IMG/VR virus record: IMGVR_UViG_3300032213_001974 | Coordinates: 1-61,885 of that record | DNA length: 61,885 nt | From: a virus | Lineage: Duplodnaviria > Caudoviricetes | Reading direction: 5' to 3' (one strand) | Shown here: one piece after another, positions 1 to 8,011 of the stretch | Numbering within the stretch: the stretch's first letter is position 1 | Layout of the letters: every line of letters begins with the position of its first letter | Notes under the pieces: generated by a model | What the model saw: the letters and a program-made list of their open reading frames with translations, nothing else | What the model was told of the DNA's origin: nothing | The model's database searches: none | Program-made: the position numbers and the translations under genes

Positions 1-117
1 GTCGTGCCAGTCGTGCCAGTCGTGCCAGTCGTGCCAGTCGTGCCAGTCGTGCCAGTCGTGCCAGTCGTGCCAGTCGTGCCAGTCGTGCCAGTCGTGCCAG
101 TCGTGCCAGTCGTGCCA
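1..117. repeat. 9-bp tandem repeat (GTCGTGCCA)x13, left contig end
   Basis: 13 perfect units read directly; an identical 117-bp tract ends the contig. Confidence 0.98.
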
Positions 118-398
118 GCATTACGGGCTTGGCGAAGGATCTCCGCCTTCTGGGCGTTGGCCTCGGCAACGGATCGCTGCAAAAGGCGCTCCGAGTTGAC
201 TTCGTCTTCAGCAGAACGAATCCCGGAACCACGAGTCGCTTTCTCGTTCACACCTGCCTGAGCCCCGACTAAGTAAAGCTGCTCTGCGGCCCTGTCAAAG
301 CCAGCGCGCCTAGCGCGGCGAGCTTCCCGCTTCAAAGTCTGCGACTGCGATGAAAGTTGTCGCGGCGGGGTAGATAGGTTACCAGTCATCAACGGCAT
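1..398 (-). CDS. N-terminal part of a junction-spanning putative virion/ejection protein with a (GTT)n tract
   Basis: ATG at 398, open frame MPLMTGNLSTPPRQ...RQARNAGTTGTT runs off the left end; promoter-like motif directly upstream; absent from the ORF track. Confidence 0.75.
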   Translation of the reverse strand, partial: MPLMTGNLSTPPRQLSSQSQTLKREARRARRAGFDRAAEQLYLVGAQAGVNEKATRGSGIRSAEDEVNSERLLQRSVAEANAQKAEILRQARNAGTTGTTGTTGTTGTTGTTGTTGTTGTTGTTGTTGTTGT

Positions 399-433
399 TC
401 CGGAATAGTAACGGGGATTCCGGATTCATTCAA
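399..433 (-). promoter_or_regulatory. sigma70-type promoter, probably leaderless transcript
   Basis: TTGAAT-N17-TACTAT-N6-ATG. Confidence 0.6.
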
Positions 434-453
434 TAGCCAAGTCAATCTAAATC

Positions 454-762
454 TTAGTTGAACTGGGCGTTTCTAGCTGCGTGATAGTCTGCGTGGTAGT
501 GGCGAAGGGCGTGGCAGTTGGCGCATAGCGGTATGCACTTTTCGATCTCCGCCATAATCGCTTCTCGCCCGAAGCCTTTGTTTACCATCGTGGCGATGGT
601 GGCTACCTTGTCCCGCAAGTGGTGGAAGTGGATCGCCGCGCCGTGTGAGTAGCCGCAGTCAGTGCAAGACAGCGTGTTCTTGTACTCGAAGAACCAGTCC
701 TTGTTCCGCCTCGCCGAGTTGCGACGGGCTTCGCGGTGCTTGTCTGGGTCTACGTAAGGCAT
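454..762 (-). CDS. HNH endonuclease
   Basis: CxxC...HFHH...LCANCHALRH zinc-binding HNH signature. Confidence 0.85.
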   Translation of the reverse strand: MPYVDPDKHREARRNSARRNKDWFFEYKNTLSCTDCGYSHGAAIHFHHLRDKVATIATMVNKGFGREAIMAEIEKCIPLCANCHALRHYHADYHAARNAQFN

Positions 763-781
763 ATTAATGTCTTACAATTAA

Positions 782-1063
782 CTACCACTTAATTTTGTCA
801 GCCCACCATGCCGCGCTAAGTTTTCCCTTGGCGATGTTCTTCATGTGGCGCGCTCGGAAGGCTTCCCGGCGTTTGCGGTAAGAGGCAGACTCGCCTTCTT
901 TCTTGGGGGACCCAGACACGCCCTGCTGGCCAAAGCGGATCGTTTTTACGGTTTCGCCTGCCTTGGCGACCACTACGTGGGACTTGGTAGGGTGGCTCGG
1001 AGTTCGCTTCGGCTTGTTGTAGCCGGAAACTCCAGCGCGTTCTAGGCGAGGGTCTTTGCTCAT
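782..1063 (-). CDS. small basic phage hypothetical protein
   Basis: 93-aa ORF with own promoter; KTIRFGQQG...FRARH...SAAWWADKIKW pattern familiar from phage proteins. Confidence 0.75.
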   Translation of the reverse strand: MSKDPRLERAGVSGYNKPKRTPSHPTKSHVVVAKAGETVKTIRFGQQGVSGSPKKEGESASYRKRREAFRARHMKNIAKGKLSAAWWADKIKW

Positions 1064-1101
1064 AGGCAGGAAAGTATATCCGGTTACCGCGTCCGGAGCA
1101 A
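1064..1101 (-). promoter_or_regulatory. sigma70-type promoter, very short leader
   Basis: TTGCTC-N17-TATACT-N9-ATG. Confidence 0.6.
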
Positions 1102-1232
1102 GCCTTTCGTACTTGCGGCTTCAGCCCGCCCAGTTTGAGTCCAAAGACTTGGCTGGGCTCTTGCTGCGTCTATCACGTTCTCTGAGCCTGTGCGCTCCTC
1201 CAGATTCTCCAGAAGCAGGCCATTGAAATAGG

Positions 1233-1304
1233 TGCTCTCTGAAGGAATCGAACCTCCATTAGCCGGGTAGAAACCGGGAGTCCTATCCGTTGAACGAAGA
1301 GAGC
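1233..1304 (-). tRNA. tRNA-Arg(UCU)
   Basis: acceptor GCTCTCT/AGAGAGC, D-arm GTTC-AACGGATA-GGAC, anticodon loop TT-TCT-AC, T-arm GGAGG-TTCGATT-CCTTC; CCA not encoded. Confidence 0.85.
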
Positions 1305-1310
1305 TTAAAG

Positions 1311-1385
1311 TGGTCGCGGGGGCGAGAATCGAACTCGCGTCACGACGGCTTATGAGACCTCGGGAGAACCAGCACTCTCCCCGCA
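1311..1385 (-). tRNA. tRNA with CAU anticodon (Met/fMet-like or Ile2), atypical D-arm
   Basis: acceptor TGCGGGG/CCCCGCG-A-CCA, loop CT-CAT-AA, T-arm GCGAG-TTCGATT-CTCGC; no U8, shrunken D-arm, bulged anticodon stem. Confidence 0.75.
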
Positions 1386-1394
1386 GTTGAAAGT

Positions 1395-1465
1395 TGGGGC
1401 CGAAGTGGGGTTCCACACCCACATTTCCCAGTCAAAACTGGGGTCCTAGTGTTGGACGATTCGGC
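1395..1465 (-). ncRNA. tRNA-like RNA (degenerate, possibly Gln-UUG derived)
   Basis: four intact stems (GCCGAA/TTCGGC, GTCC/GGAC, CCCAG/CTGGG, GTGGG/CCCAC) ending in CCA, but 6-nt anticodon loop TTTTGA and non-canonical T-loop TGTGGAAC. Confidence 0.6.
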
Positions 1466-1471
1466 GTTGAA

Positions 1472-1525
1472 GTCGTCTCTCCGACTGTCACGGTGGTCGC
1501 TGTTTGCGGCCCAAGCCCACACCGT
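1472..1525 (-). ncRNA. C4-antisense-like structured RNA
   Basis: GGTG...CACC stem, unpaired GTGACA, then GTCGGAGAGACGAC hairpin, resembling the 3' end of the C4 antisense RNA motif as I recall it. Confidence 0.45.
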
Positions 1526-1542
1526 TTGCATCAGGCGCAAAA

Positions 1543-1953
1543 TCATTTTCCGATGGAGTCAACGAAGCGCCAAGCTTCTTTCTCCTGCTCGCGCACCCAC
1601 TTGTTCGGGTCACGAAAATCAGGGGCGACATACATTCGCCGCTCAGGCCAGTAGCGGTCAACACGGGGAGGACGCTCCGCTACTAGCGTGTGCTGTGTTG
1701 GGGTGGCGACAGGTGCCGGGCGCTGGGACAAAATCACTCTCTGCGCTTCGCATGCAGGCAGTGGTGCAGGAGGCTCGCTGCGTTTTGTGGCGGGTTCCGC
1801 CGATAGCGTCAAAGACACCAAAGCCAAGGTGAGCAGCCCGCGGAGGAGAAAGCCAAAGGCAAAGCTGAACAAGCAGGCGAGAGGTATGAGGGCATCGACA
1901 AGGCGGAGAGGTTCGCCAAAAGATGGGAGGAACTTGGAGCGCGTTACAGGCAT
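1543..1953 (-). CDS. hypothetical membrane protein
   Basis: hydrophobic N-terminal segments; start moved to ATG 1953 because a promoter sits directly upstream. Confidence 0.6.
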   Translation of the reverse strand: MPVTRSKFLPSFGEPLRLVDALIPLACLFSFAFGFLLRGLLTLALVSLTLSAEPATKRSEPPAPLPACEAQRVILSQRPAPVATPTQHTLVAERPPRVDRYWPERRMYVAPDFRDPNKWVREQEKEAWRFVDSIGK

Positions 1954-1989
1954 GGCGGGACTATCGCACGAAAACCGCGGAGCCGTCAA
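1954..1989 (-). promoter_or_regulatory. sigma70-type promoter (extended -10), leaderless
   Basis: TTGACG-N18-GATAGT-cccgcc-ATG with TG one base upstream of -10. Confidence 0.55.
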
Positions 1990-2040
1990 CACAAAAGTTG
2001 CGCCCGCTCCGCCGACAAAACCTAGTAGAACTGCGCTACT

Positions 2041-2145
2041 AAACCGCTACACTACTATAGAGGAAGGAAAAAGTTTACGTTCCCCCTGCATACATGTGCG
2101 TAGTCTCTTATTCTTTTTAGGCGGAGCCCTGTAGTGTAGCGGTTT
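2041..2145. repeat. inverted-repeat-bounded element, copy 1
   Basis: AAACCGCTACACTAC...GTAGTGTAGCGGTTT (15-bp perfect IR) around a 75-nt core shared with 36734-36829. Confidence 0.9.
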
Positions 2146-2303
2146 CGTCGATCGACTCGCTTACCCGCTACGCCCCGCCGCTCTAGGCGAAACCCGGATT
2201 CAAAACTAATCAGGAATCCCTTTGAAACGATTGTTGGAGACACGAATCCGTTATTAGGAATTCCTAATTCGTGACTCGTGATTCCTGATTAGTACTTCTC
2301 AGG

Positions 2304-4061
2304 TCATTCATCCAGCAGCATGCTGTGGTGTGACTGGCTAATGACATCCAGTTTTTTGTAAGTATAATTTTTCCTAAGCACGGCCATCCCGTCGTCATTT
2401 TTTATCGGTTCCACAGCCAGAAAACTGAACCGTTCGCGGGCCAATTCGAGCATGATGAAGCCAGCATCCGCCAAGTCGGGCGAGTGTCCCATTCGCTTTT
2501 TGAAGTCCGCCTTGCTCTCTACCTTCATCCTCAATCCGCTGCTCCCCTTTACTGTTTCGTAATTCCGGGCGCACATGTCCTTCGCCATTTCGTTGGGGAT
2601 TCCCCGTAGCTGGCGGCAGCGGATCAGCTCCTTGCCTACGAACCAAAGCTCGCTGACACGGTTGGCGTAGAGTTCTTTCGCCTCGCGCCTGTCATTCATC
2701 GAGACGCGCTTGGAAGAGGCAGACCCTTGGAAGTTCACGCGCAGGATCTGAGGCGACCACTCTGTTGCCAGTACGTCACAGAAGGGATTGCCCGCACTGG
2801 TGGCGTCAACTGCGAGGTTCTCTGGCAGGATGCCCCGCTTCTCGCAGTGCGCCTTGACCTGCTGGACAATCTGGAAAGTTCGCGGCACTGCCTTGTTGTT
2901 GGCGTCGTCAAATAGCTTGACGTACTCCTTGAACTGCAAGACGAACTGTCCAAGGTTGTCGTAGCCCAGCTCGCCGAACATCAGCATCGTGTCGTCCCCG
3001 CCGTTTGTGAAAGACGGGTCGAGTGCTGCGACCTTCACGATTCCGGTCAGTTGCTCGGACGAGCAGGCGCTGGATCGGTTCAGCTCTGATTCGGTGTAGA
3101 TGCCTTCCGCCTCGTCAGAGTCGAAAAAGATGGCGCGATACATTCGCATGTAGCCGCGACTGTTCGGACCCATCTGTTCCTTGCTGACTTCCACGCCCTC
3201 GCGGGTAGGGAGGTAGGGATACGGTGGTTCGTCAAAGTCGAAGTTGGGCGACTGCTCCGCGTCAAAGCGTAAGAAAAGCCCACCGTACTTGGTGCGCCAT
3301 TGCAGCGCGACGTGCGGGTCCACGCTGTCCCAGCCGCCTACTGGCTCCGACCACACACCGAAGGCATCAAAGCGGGAGTTCGGGTTGGACGCGGCGCGGA
3401 GGCGGAAGTACGGATTCTGCGTCATGTTGGACAGACCCGCCTGCACGATCGCCTCGGACAATTCTGAAAGCTCGTCGGCGATCAGGATGACACGCTCATT
3501 GTGCATCCCGATCAACTTACCCACGGCATCGCGGGTCTGCTTCTTTTCCGCGGCGATCAGGCGAATGCCTGCCGTTTCAAGGATGGTTCCGTCCGGCGTG
3601 ACGTAGGCAGCTGACCCGATAGAGTCTCGAACCTTGATCGGGATTCCGTCAACGGCATCCAGAAGCTTGATAATCGCACCCCAGATACGGGTTCGTGATG
3701 CCTGAAGCGTGGTGGAGGTAACCAGAACCAGCGTCTCGGAAGGAGCGCAAAGCCATTCCACAATCGCGTAGGCGGCAAGGGTGTAGGACTTGCCCGAACC
3801 AGCAGACCCTCCAAGGGCTAGATACTTCTCACGAACGCAGGCGCGGACTGTCTGCTCCGCCCACTTGTGCTTGACGCAAAGCGGTTTCTCCTGATCGTTG
3901 TTCCAGAGAATGTCAGCGATTTCCCAGAAGCAGTGTTCCCGGACTCCGGGGAACTCGTGGTGGCGAAAAGCGTAGAGATAGGCGGTCAGCACGTTGCATG
4001 GTGCGATGGACAGTCCGCTGATTTCCCAGCTGCCGTCCACTTGAAGTTGAAGTCGGGCCAT
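2304..4061 (-). CDS. terL: terminase large subunit
   Basis: Walker A GSAGSGKS, Walker B ILIADE, SNP coupling motif, RNase H-like ALDPS...GGDD and SPDLAD; likely start ATG 4061. Confidence 0.92.
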   Translation of the reverse strand: MARLQLQVDGSWEISGLSIAPCNVLTAYLYAFRHHEFPGVREHCFWEIADILWNNDQEKPLCVKHKWAEQTVRACVREKYLALGGSAGSGKSYTLAAYAIVEWLCAPSETLVLVTSTTLQASRTRIWGAIIKLLDAVDGIPIKVRDSIGSAAYVTPDGTILETAGIRLIAAEKKQTRDAVGKLIGMHNERVILIADELSELSEAIVQAGLSNMTQNPYFRLRAASNPNSRFDAFGVWSEPVGGWDSVDPHVALQWRTKYGGLFLRFDAEQSPNFDFDEPPYPYLPTREGVEVSKEQMGPNSRGYMRMYRAIFFDSDEAEGIYTESELNRSSACSSEQLTGIVKVAALDPSFTNGGDDTMLMFGELGYDNLGQFVLQFKEYVKLFDDANNKAVPRTFQIVQQVKAHCEKRGILPENLAVDATSAGNPFCDVLATEWSPQILRVNFQGSASSKRVSMNDRREAKELYANRVSELWFVGKELIRCRQLRGIPNEMAKDMCARNYETVKGSSGLRMKVESKADFKKRMGHSPDLADAGFIMLELARERFSFLAVEPIKNDDGMAVLRKNYTYKKLDVISQSHHSMLLDE

Positions 4062-4130
4062 ATTTTTCTTGCAAGGGTCCCGTGAATTGTGCATGTTTCG
4101 AGCTGTCAATACCAGCCTATACAATGACGT

Positions 4131-4307
4131 ATGAATGAAGAACGCTTCCTTACGTGGTTCATCGCGAACCAATCCGACCTCGAAGAAGCCCGCGCCGATG
4201 TCGAGGAAATCCTAGAGAACGTCTACCGCAGGTTGAAACTCACCGAGGATTCTCCGCAAGTGGAACTGCTTCACGAATACCTGTTCAACGGATACGAACC
4301 GCTGTGA
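4131..4307 (+). CDS. hypothetical protein (58 aa), first gene of the replication block
   Basis: MNEERFLTWF...YEPL*, stop overlaps next GTG; preceded by TTCGAG-N17-TACAAT-N5. Confidence 0.6.
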   Translation: MNEERFLTWFIANQSDLEEARADVEEILENVYRRLKLTEDSPQVELLHEYLFNGYEPL

Positions 4308-4597
4308 TCATCGCAATCGACTACGACCGGACTTGGTCAGCAGACCCCACTACTTGGAATGCAGTCTACAAGCTTCTGCGGGAGCGGGGCCACCAAGTGA
4401 TCATGGTAACCGGGCGCAAACAGTGGTCCGACGACATGAAGTACGGCAACCTCCCCGCCGATCTGAGAATCTACTACACGAACGGACAACTTAAAGAGTG
4501 GTCGCTTAGAACCCAGCGGGGACCCAAAGTAGACATCTGGATCGACGACATGCCCGGCATGATCCAAAACTGCAAGATCCTCCAAGGAGACCTATGA
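4304..4597 (+). CDS. minimal HAD-superfamily phosphatase
   Basis: IAIDYDRT (DxD), VIMVTGR, WIDD motifs; start GTG 4304. Confidence 0.75.
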   Translation: MIIAIDYDRTWSADPTTWNAVYKLLRERGHQVIMVTGRKQWSDDMKYGNLPADLRIYYTNGQLKEWSLRTQRGPKVDIWIDDMPGMIQNCKILQGDL

Positions 4598-5136
4598 GCA
4601 CCGCCCACCCCACCGCAGTAAAGAAGAAGGCCTTGAAGCTCTGGCGCGACGGGCACAAGACCGCGTCCATCTCCAGAGCGGTAGGCGTATCAGTCGCCAC
4701 GATCACGCGTTGGGCGAGGGAAGCCAAAGCAGTTCGCCGAGGTTCCGTGGAGGAACTGGTGGACGATACCGACTTCGTCCTGCCAATCGAAAAGGACGAG
4801 TCCATCCCGCTGGTACGCATCCAAGAGTCGGAGAAACGTGACGCCGTTTTGGCGACTGCGGTTCAGACTGCGGCTACTCCCGCCGACCAGTACAACGCCT
4901 TTGTCGCGGCGAAAGGAACCGAGATTCTCCAGCAGGCACTCAACAGCGGCGTCCTCGTCCCGAAGACCTACAGCGATATCCAGAAGCTGGACGCCATGAT
5001 TCGGGATAGTCTTGGCCTGAACAACAAGAAAGGTGGCGGAATCGGGGGCCGGATCAGCATTGACCTGAAGGTCCTCCAAGCCCAGCCCGCCAAGGGAACC
5101 ATCGAGGCCGAAGTCGTTGATCCGGAAGAGGACTAA
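4594..5136 (+). CDS. N-terminal HTH protein, candidate terminase small subunit
   Basis: HTH ALKLWRDGHKTASISRAVGVSVATITRW, helical middle, C-terminal ISIDLKV...IEAEVV tail. Confidence 0.55.
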   Translation: MSTAHPTAVKKKALKLWRDGHKTASISRAVGVSVATITRWAREAKAVRRGSVEELVDDTDFVLPIEKDESIPLVRIQESEKRDAVLATAVQTAATPADQYNAFVAAKGTEILQQALNSGVLVPKTYSDIQKLDAMIRDSLGLNNKKGGGIGGRISIDLKVLQAQPAKGTIEAEVVDPEED

Positions 5137-5191
5137 AATTTCTGAGATTTTTATTGACCCGGAGTCCGGATTCTGGGATACGTGGTTCGTG

Positions 5192-5350
5192 ATGAACAAA
5201 GACGAACTAAAAATGCTGGTGGGCGGAATCACCGCCGCCGCTGAAGCCCTAGACCTGACCTTTGAAGAAGTGATGGAAGCTTTGGAAGACGGACAAGCCC
5301 TGAACTGCAAGCAGCTCGACCAGCTACTGGATTACCGCGAAACCCTCTGA
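5192..5350 (+). CDS. hypothetical protein
   Basis: short ORF after TTGACC-N17-GATACG promoter-like motif. Confidence 0.5.
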   Translation: MNKDELKMLVGGITAAAEALDLTFEEVMEALEDGQALNCKQLDQLLDYRETL

Positions 5351-5353
5351 ACC

Positions 5354-5599
5354 ATGCAATTCGTAACTACCCCCATCCCGCCCTCGCGAGCAGGTCGCCG
5401 GAAAGGTTCCTACTCGGAACTCGGCAAGGCGATCCGTGGACTGGAAGTAGGACAAGCAGTCCTCGTTCCGGTCGCCGGGCCAGCCCATATCGGAAACATC
5501 CGCCGCCATGCGGCGAGAGTCGGAAGCGAAACCGGAAAGAAGTTCTCGGTGCGATTGGATGAAGCAGCTAACAAAGTAGGAGTCTGGAGGAAATCATGA
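5354..5599 (+). CDS. small putative DNA-binding protein
   Basis: PIPP..RRK..LEVGQ..KKFSVR..VWR pattern; stop overlaps next start. Confidence 0.6.
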   Translation: MQFVTTPIPPSRAGRRKGSYSELGKAIRGLEVGQAVLVPVAGPAHIGNIRRHAARVGSETGKKFSVRLDEAANKVGVWRKS

Positions 5600-6198
5600 G
5601 TGACATCAAGTTTGCAGAGTTCCCCAAGATGGCTAGGCTGTCTAGGGAAGCCATCATCACGGAAAAGATTGACGGCACGAATGCCCAGATCCTGATTACG
5701 CCGGAAGGCGAGATCAGGGCGGGATCTCGTAACCGCTGGATCACGCCGCAGTCTGACAATTACGGCTTCGCCTCATGGGTAGAAGCCCACAAGGAAGAGC
5801 TACTACAGCTCGGACCCGGTCGCCACTTTGGCGAGTGGTGGGGTGCTGGCATTCAACGACGCTACGACCTTAAAGAAAAGCGACTTAGCCTGTTCAATGT
5901 GACCCGGTGGTGCTTGCACGGCGAAGAGCCGCAGCAAATCCCAACAGGCAATCCGCTTGTCGAGAAGTTCCAAGATGTTCTTCCGCCCTGCGTTGGCCTT
6001 GTCCCGATTCTCTATCGCGGAATCTTCTCGACTGAAATCGTGGACTCAGTACTCAGCGATCTAGCGGAGGCTGGCAGCGTAGCGGCTCCGGGATTCCGGA
6101 ATCCGGAAGGCGTTGTCGTCTTCCACACAGCAGGACAGGTCGGGTTCAAGAAGACCCTTGAGAACGACGGAATCCCTAAATCACTTGTCAAGCCATGA
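5596..6198 (+). CDS. RNA ligase (Rnl2-like adenylyltransferase domain only)
   Basis: motif I TEKIDGTN, SRNR, FGEWWG.GIQ, LF, PEGVVV, terminal KK. Confidence 0.85.
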   Translation: MSDIKFAEFPKMARLSREAIITEKIDGTNAQILITPEGEIRAGSRNRWITPQSDNYGFASWVEAHKEELLQLGPGRHFGEWWGAGIQRRYDLKEKRLSLFNVTRWCLHGEEPQQIPTGNPLVEKFQDVLPPCVGLVPILYRGIFSTEIVDSVLSDLAEAGSVAAPGFRNPEGVVVFHTAGQVGFKKTLENDGIPKSLVKP

Positions 6199-6398
6199 GC
6201 CACAAAGGAAGCTGGTCCCGCGTAAACGATCGTAAAGCGTTCGCGAACAACTACGATGCGATCTTCCGTAAGAAGGAGCCCTACACGGTTGACGAACTCA
6301 AAGGCGTCAACAGCTATGACTTCTACAATCAGCGGTATAGCGAAGCTTGCCCATGCCACGAGTCACTTGAAACCGTACTCGACGACCCGGATACCTGA
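6195..6398 (+). CDS. hypothetical protein
   Basis: ATGA overlap with the ligase gene. Confidence 0.55.
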   Translation: MSHKGSWSRVNDRKAFANNYDAIFRKKEPYTVDELKGVNSYDFYNQRYSEACPCHESLETVLDDPDT

Positions 6399-6419
6399 AT
6401 CGTTTATCCCTTTGATTTT

Positions 6420-7052
6420 ATGAGAAACGTAAACTGCCCCAAGACAAGAGTCTTCGTCCGCTGCGATGCGTTCGGAGGTTCAGCCGACCGTTTCGAACCA
6501 GCGTGGCTCGTCTCGGTTAGGGCGATGCGGAACCGCCCGCTCTGCTTCCAAGTGTGGGTTGATAGGTTTGCAGCTTGCTTCGACAAAATCCCGCCGCAAT
6601 GCTTGTTCTGGTTTGAACCAGAAGACGGAGAATCTGCTCTGCCCCTGCACAAAGTACAGATGTGGGAATGTCTGTCTGGTTCGATAGAGTTGTGGCGCAA
6701 AGACCAACTCAACGACGTACCCGTACTGGTCAACCTTGGCAAGGGCATTCCTCCTATCGGTGGCCACTACTGGTTCACACTCGACTACCTACCGGAAGGT
6801 CAGGCACAAGGGATCTTCGATGTCGGTGACTCCGAACTTCTTGAAGAACACAAAGAAGGAAACGTAATCCGTCTGTCCAATGGACAGATCGCTATTTACC
6901 CGAACAACCGGATCAAGTGGCTGCCTGTTTCGCTCACTGGTAAAGACGCCGCCGCGGCAATCCCGGACTGGGACGTGGCAACTAACGCCCAGTGGGACGA
7001 GTGGTGGTCTGACTCGGACGAGATCCTTGGAGATGCAAAATGGGCCTACTAA
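6420..7052 (+). CDS. phage hypothetical protein
   Basis: 210-aa ORF in operon; VQMWECLS and NGQIAIYPNNR motifs. Confidence 0.75.
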   Translation: MRNVNCPKTRVFVRCDAFGGSADRFEPAWLVSVRAMRNRPLCFQVWVDRFAACFDKIPPQCLFWFEPEDGESALPLHKVQMWECLSGSIELWRKDQLNDVPVLVNLGKGIPPIGGHYWFTLDYLPEGQAQGIFDVGDSELLEEHKEGNVIRLSNGQIAIYPNNRIKWLPVSLTGKDAAAAIPDWDVATNAQWDEWWSDSDEILGDAKWAY

Positions 7053-7064
7053 GCTATTACAACT

Positions 7065-7253
7065 ATGACCGCAACTTACACCTACCCTCCCGCCGTTACC
7101 CAGCGCTTCGCCAAGTTGCTTGACCTAGTCAACGACGAACGCAAGAAGCGCAAGGACATCATCGAACGCCTGAAGCTGATCGTCCAGAACCCCATGGCGG
7201 ATGAACACTCAGTCTCTGAACTCGAACGCCTGATCGCTGCCAACGAAAAATGA
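7065..7253 (+). CDS. hypothetical protein
   Basis: operon position, helical basic peptide. Confidence 0.55.
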   Translation: MTATYTYPPAVTQRFAKLLDLVNDERKKRKDIIERLKLIVQNPMADEHSVSELERLIAANEK

Positions 7254-7356
7254 TCTACTACGCGCTGTTTCTCCTTGTGCTGCTGGTGCTCGCTCTGTAC
7301 GATCCCGGCGATGACTCCGACAATTTCGGAGGTCCTGACAACATCCACTCCTACTA

Positions 7357-7674
7357 ATGGCCAGCCCATCAAAAGCAAAAGGCAACCGCGCCGAAGTCAA
7401 GCTCGTCAAGTATCTCGAATCTGAAGGACTTGACGCGAAACGCGCGTGGGGTTCCAACGGTCGGGCGATGGGCGAGCATGAAGAGGTGGACGTGAAATCC
7501 GCTGGATGTCGCATCCAAGTCAAGGCGCGCAAGGCTTTGCCCGCAATCATCACCAGCGCCTTAACCGAACATGTGGATGCAGCAGTCCTCATGGAAGACA
7601 GGCGGACTCCAGTGGTGGTGATTCGGTTGGCGTCCTTCGCTAAGATTCTTAAAGATCATGGCTGGAACTTCTAA
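7357..7674 (+). CDS. Holliday junction resolvase (Hjc-like PD-(D/E)xK nuclease)
   Basis: KAKGNRAE...G..AKR...DV...IQVK. Confidence 0.8.
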   Translation: MASPSKAKGNRAEVKLVKYLESEGLDAKRAWGSNGRAMGEHEEVDVKSAGCRIQVKARKALPAIITSALTEHVDAAVLMEDRRTPVVVIRLASFAKILKDHGWNF

Positions 7675-8011
7675 GAGGCGATACCGCCACCCGAAAGCTA
7701 CAGTCGGGTTCCGCGAACCCGCGCGTGGTGATGACCACAACTTTTCGGACGTGGACCGGGCACTGCACAAGTGGCTCATGGCTCATGATTCCGGATACCG
7801 GAAGCAGAGATATCTCACTAATCAACGTGAAGACGAAGGCGACGGAATTCCCCCAGCGTGACGGGACTGTTCTCTACGGCATCCAAATCAGGCGACCAAT
7901 CGCCCGCTGGGTGGATTTCACCCGTAACGGAAAGATTGATCTTTACAAAGACCCCCGAGCGCGGGATGACATGCGCGAGTACTTGAGAAAGCTACCAGAT
8001 CCCAAGAGATC

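Noticed and set aside
1-117. 117-bp identical ends as biological direct terminal repeats
   Set aside because: They are a microsatellite inside a coding frame; an assembly break is the simpler explanation
4-261. Plus-strand (PVV)n ORF
   Set aside because: Antisense shadow of the minus-strand (GTT)n gene, which has a promoter and operon context
1233-1304. Amber suppressor reading (CUA) of the first tRNA
   Set aside because: Stem pairing centres the 7-nt loop on TCT; the shifted register does not pair, and TAG is used as a normal stop
1525-1540. Hammerhead ribozyme core (CTGATG...)
   Set aside because: CTGATGC lacks the conserved A and no properly placed GAAA with three stems was found
2050-2136. 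CACTA...TAGTG ends resembling eukaryotic CACTA transposon termini
   Set aside because: No transposase or target duplication; symmetry extends beyond these bases and homology between copies extends outside the arms
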